NCBI GenBank assembly: GCA_965237415.1
Contig: CBDEFM010000002.1
Coordinates: forward strand, 2,176,001-2,240,000
Direction: 5' to 3'
DNA length: 64,000 nucleotides
From: Alphaproteobacteria bacterium
GTDB taxonomy: Bacteria > Pseudomonadota > Alphaproteobacteria > UBA828
Under the pieces are notes generated by a model. That model did not search any database. It had not been told where the DNA came from and worked only from the letters and a program-made list of their open reading frames with translations. The first letter of the stretch is position 1. Each line of letters starts with the position of its first letter. Position numbers and translations under genes: made by a program. Positions 61,004 to 64,000 of the stretch are shown in pieces.

Positions 61004-62005
61004 ATGGCAACCGTTCGCCTCGACCAGCGCCGTGTCCACGCGCTCAAGGCGCGCAAATCCGCCTACGACCTCCGCGACCGCGATCTGAAGGGCTTCGGCG
61101 TCAGGGTCCTGCCCTCGGGCGCCAAGCGGTACTTCGTCCACAGCCAGCACCGCGGCCGGCGAGTCTGGAAGATCGTCGGTGAGGCCGGTTCCATCCGTGC
61201 AGACGAGGCCCGCGCCAGGTCCAAGACCATGCTGGCCGAAATTCGGGAAGGACACGACACGCAGGCTGCGGCGATGCCCGACACCGCGTTCGAGACGGTC
61301 GCCGACGAAGTTTTTCGGCGCTACGCCCGAAACTGGAAACCCTCGACGCTCAGGGTTAACCGGGGCTACTACCACAACCAAATCCTACCCTGGTTCAAGG
61401 GGCGCCCGATCGGCGACATCACCGCCCGCGACGTTCGCCGCTGGTTCGCGGCGCTCCACAATACCCCGGCAGCGGCGGACCGCTCGGCTCCCGTCCTCTC
61501 GGTCATCATGCGCCAAGCCGAGGTCTATGGCTACCGGCCGGAGGGAACCAATCCGTGCGCCGGTATCAAGCGCTATCGTCGCCGGGGGCGGGAGCGCTTC
61601 ATTTCGACGGCGGAAATCCGTCGACTGGGCGAGGTGCTTGCGCGTCATGAAGCCGAGTACCCACCGGCCGAGGCGATCATACGGCTGTTGCTGCTCACCG
61701 GATGCCGCACCGGCGAGATCGTCACTCTGAAATGGCGCTTCTACCGCGAGGGCAGACTGTTCCTGCCCGACAGCAAGACCGGACCGCGCACGGTCTGGCT
61801 CTCGTCTGCCGCACGCGAGGTTTTGAACGGCCTGCCCCGCAGGGCGGTCTGGGTCTTTCCCTCGCCGATAACGGACCGCTGTCTGAGTACGGTTTCGGTC
61901 ATTCGTGTCTGGCACTCCGTGAGGGCGGAAGCGGACTTGAGCGACGTCCGCCTTCACGATCTGCGACACAGTTGTGCATCATCGCCTCTTCGTCTTGCTG
62001 CATGA
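61004..62005 (+). pseudogene. Tyrosine recombinase/integrase with arm-binding domain, C-terminally truncated
   Basis: 'D..LKGFGVRV.PSG.K.Y', 'LLTGCR..E', 'DSKTG', 'LHDLRH'; stops 11 aa after LRH, lacks the LGH box and catalytic Tyr. Confidence 0.85.
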
Positions 62006-62166
62006 ACGCGGATAACGTATTGTAATATCGCGATTTTCTAGTCTTCTTTGATTGCTCTCAAAATCCCCCCGTTTCGATCCGTGCATAAGACGTCACCGGA
62101 TTCATCTCAAGACTTGTCGCGATTCGCGCACCCTGAGCTACGAATTTCCTATTTTCGCGATTTCCC

Positions 62167-62443
62167 GGGTGAGCGTTCCGACAACCCGTGCTCGCCAGGA
62201 CGATCAGAGGTGGTGAACGGTCGAAATGCGCAGAGTTTCGTCGTCTTGGCGGACTGGACGAAGCGGCGGCCTGGCCGGTACCACGGCCCGCACGGCCCGA
62301 CGGAACGCTCACTTCCCCGGTGTTCGTTCGGTCATGGGGTGATGCAGTCGCCAGGCCAGCGGCGATTCCCGGTTCTGCCCGACCGCCGACTGCTGGGTTC
62401 TGTAATCTGCTCACCGCTATCACCCCAAACCCGTTGAACGAAC
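62167..62443 (+). ncRNA. Candidate two-domain structured RNA of unknown family
   Basis: Nested inverted repeats (12-bp, 11-bp, 9-bp, 8-bp, 7-bp and shorter stems) with G-U pairs favouring the + strand; no credible ORF. Confidence 0.35.
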
Positions 62444-62640
62444 CAATCCTCCCGCGCATCCCACGCCCGTCACCCGTCCGCAGAAGCAGATCCCCATCTC
62501 CCGACCGAGAGATTGCACCCTCAACCTTCCATCGATTCGAACCACGTCATCCAGTTACCACCAGTCCGACCGTTTAACCTTCGAGACGCCGCTCCGCTTG
62601 CCTGCGGCCGACCCCGCTACAATCCGGTGTAGACACCGTA

Positions 62641-62669
62641 TTGATTCGGGGTCAGATGCACGGTAGACT
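62641..62669 (+). promoter_or_regulatory. Putative sigma-70 promoter giving a leaderless transcript
   Basis: TTGATT-17 bp-TAGACT, with the ATG starting 5 nt after the -10 box. Confidence 0.55.
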
Positions 62670-62674
62670 GGAGC

Positions 62675-63121
62675 ATGCGATACACACAGAGCCAAGTACG
62701 TGACCTACTCGCCATCTCTGTAGATGCGTTCCGCGTTTGGCGCCAAGCAATTCCTGCTCTACGTCAGCACAAGGGGCACGCGCCCACGTTCACGCCCGGC
62801 GAACTTGTCGCCCTTGCAGCGCTTTCCGACCTCATTCATCACTTCGGCATCCGCGTCAATACTCTTAGTAGCCCGTTTAATGACATGTTCCTTGTTTGCC
62901 GAGGTATGTCCTGGCAATCCCTGAGTAACTCCGCATTCGCGGTAGACTCCAATGGCTTTCGCCTAGTACGTACAGACGACCTACACTACTTTACCCTGCG
63001 AGTGTCCACGATTTTTGTGCCGTGTGCGCCTATTGTAGACCGCCTTCAGACCGAACTCCTTTCAACTGACGCAAAGCACTCGCAAGGCCAGCTGCCGCTG
63101 CGGCCGAGTGCTGTTGCTTGA
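62675..63121 (+). CDS. Hypothetical protein with an N-terminal MerR/excisionase-like HTH
   Basis: 'YTQSQVRDLLAISVDAFRVWR....FTPGELVAL' fits the MerR-type HTH pattern; 11 nt gap to the next ORF. Confidence 0.7.
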   Translation: MRYTQSQVRDLLAISVDAFRVWRQAIPALRQHKGHAPTFTPGELVALAALSDLIHHFGIRVNTLSSPFNDMFLVCRGMSWQSLSNSAFAVDSNGFRLVRTDDLHYFTLRVSTIFVPCAPIVDRLQTELLSTDAKHSQGQLPLRPSAVA

Positions 63122-63132
63122 GTACGGCCACT

Positions 63133-64000
63133 ATGCAGGCATTTGCCCAAGAAGCACTTAGAGCCACCGGCTATTTTTCCGAAGATGGTGTGCCAGCAGA
63201 AGGCCTAATGCTGCCCAACGCCGACTCAACATCAACCGGCGACGCAACGCGCCTCCGTCCTATTCTCACCACCGATAGGGGAGGACTAGGAGCTGATGCT
63301 GTCTTCCGAGTCGGCACATCTCCAGTGATTTTATTTAAGTCATCGGCCGCGGGTCCTGAAGAAGAAGAACAATGGCATCGCGTAGCTTGGAACATTGGAG
63401 TCGCGCCACTCCTTTGGGTTACCACACCCGAATACATTAAAATCTACAACGCTTATCAGCCCCCAGAGGAGTACGGAAAACAAGCCCCTCTTTTGAGGGA
63501 ATTTCCGTTCGGTGCGGATCTTGCACGAACCTATAGTGAAGTTGGTCGTATCTGCGGTCGCCGGCATGTAGCAATGGGCTCATTCTGGAGATCCGAGTTT
63601 GCAAGGTCCATTAACAGAGAATCAAGGGTCGATAACGTTTTATTACGCGAACTAGAAGCACTGTTGACGGCACTTATTTCCAAAGGTATTCCACCTTCTT
63701 TGGCACAAAAACTAGTCGGTCGTTGCATCTTTTTTCAGTATCTCATTCACCGGGGATATTTGTCTGAAGATGAGTTGATACGACAATTCGGCGCCCCCAA
63801 TCTTCATTCCCTGCTGCTCAATGTGGATAATGTCTATAGAGTGTTTAGGTGGATTCGACTGAAATTTAACGGAGATCTTTTCCCGATAGAAAATGAAGAT
63901 AGTGAGCGTGAACAATTAGGACACTCCAGCGATCGGCTTCAGCCACTTTCGGACTTCTTCGGCAATTTCAACATTTCGGACCGACAGGGGAGACTTTTTC
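63133..64000 (+). CDS. Probable N6-adenine DNA methyltransferase / type IIG-like restriction-modification protein, N-terminal part
   Basis: Hand translation is open from ATG 63133 to the window end (about 289 codons): 'WHRVAWNIGVAPLLWV..IYN', 'RVDNVLLREL', 'LVGRCIFFQYLIHRG', 'FNGDLFP', 'QGRLF'; SAM and NPP motifs would lie beyond the window. Confidence 0.7.
   Translation, partial: MQAFAQEALRATGYFSEDGVPAEGLMLPNADSTSTGDATRLRPILTTDRGGLGADAVFRVGTSPVILFKSSAAGPEEEEQWHRVAWNIGVAPLLWVTTPEYIKIYNAYQPPEEYGKQAPLLREFPFGADLARTYSEVGRICGRRHVAMGSFWRSEFARSINRESRVDNVLLRELEALLTALISKGIPPSLAQKLVGRCIFFQYLIHRGYLSEDELIRQFGAPNLHSLLLNVDNVYRVFRWIRLKFNGDLFPIENEDSEREQLGHSSDRLQPLSDFFGNFNISDRQGRLF

Larger units (their letters stand above)
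60890..64000. mobile_element. Left part of an integrative/defence island
   Basis: Integrase gene, visible drop in GC (strongest after ~62.6 kb), HTH and methyltransferase-type cargo; boundary approximate, no att site or tRNA recognised. Confidence 0.55.

Noticed and set aside
62048-62577. ORFs 62048..62437, 62058..62459 and 62188..62577
   Set aside because: Mutually overlapping, Pro/Arg/Ser-rich, no RBS or motifs; the region is better explained as structured non-coding DNA
63171-63915. Short minus-strand ORFs in the ORF track
   Set aside because: They are antisense to the continuous + strand ORF starting at 63133

Overview
High-GC (about 70% by eye) bacterial chromosome segment, most likely from an alphaproteobacterium, judging by the style of the hemF, coaBC-dut, cysK-moeB, acs and CIRCE-groES-groEL genes. 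Core genes are interspersed with many catabolic and transport genes: SDRs, amidases, three phytanoyl-CoA-dioxygenase-family enzymes, a GcvT-type dehydrogenase, branched-chain and sugar ABC transporters, and a probable oxalyl-CoA synthetase/reductase pair. Several deletion scars are visible: an amidase 3' fragment, a dppD/dppC fusion remnant and a truncated integrase. From about 60.9 kb an AT-richer island begins. It holds a C-terminally truncated tyrosine integrase with an RBS-sequestering leader, about 280 nt of nested inverted repeats (candidate structured ncRNA), an apparently leaderless HTH gene, and the start of an N6-DNA-methyltransferase/restriction-modification-type ORF that runs off the window and is absent from the ORF track. 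All product calls come from motif recognition only; no database searches or folding programs were run.
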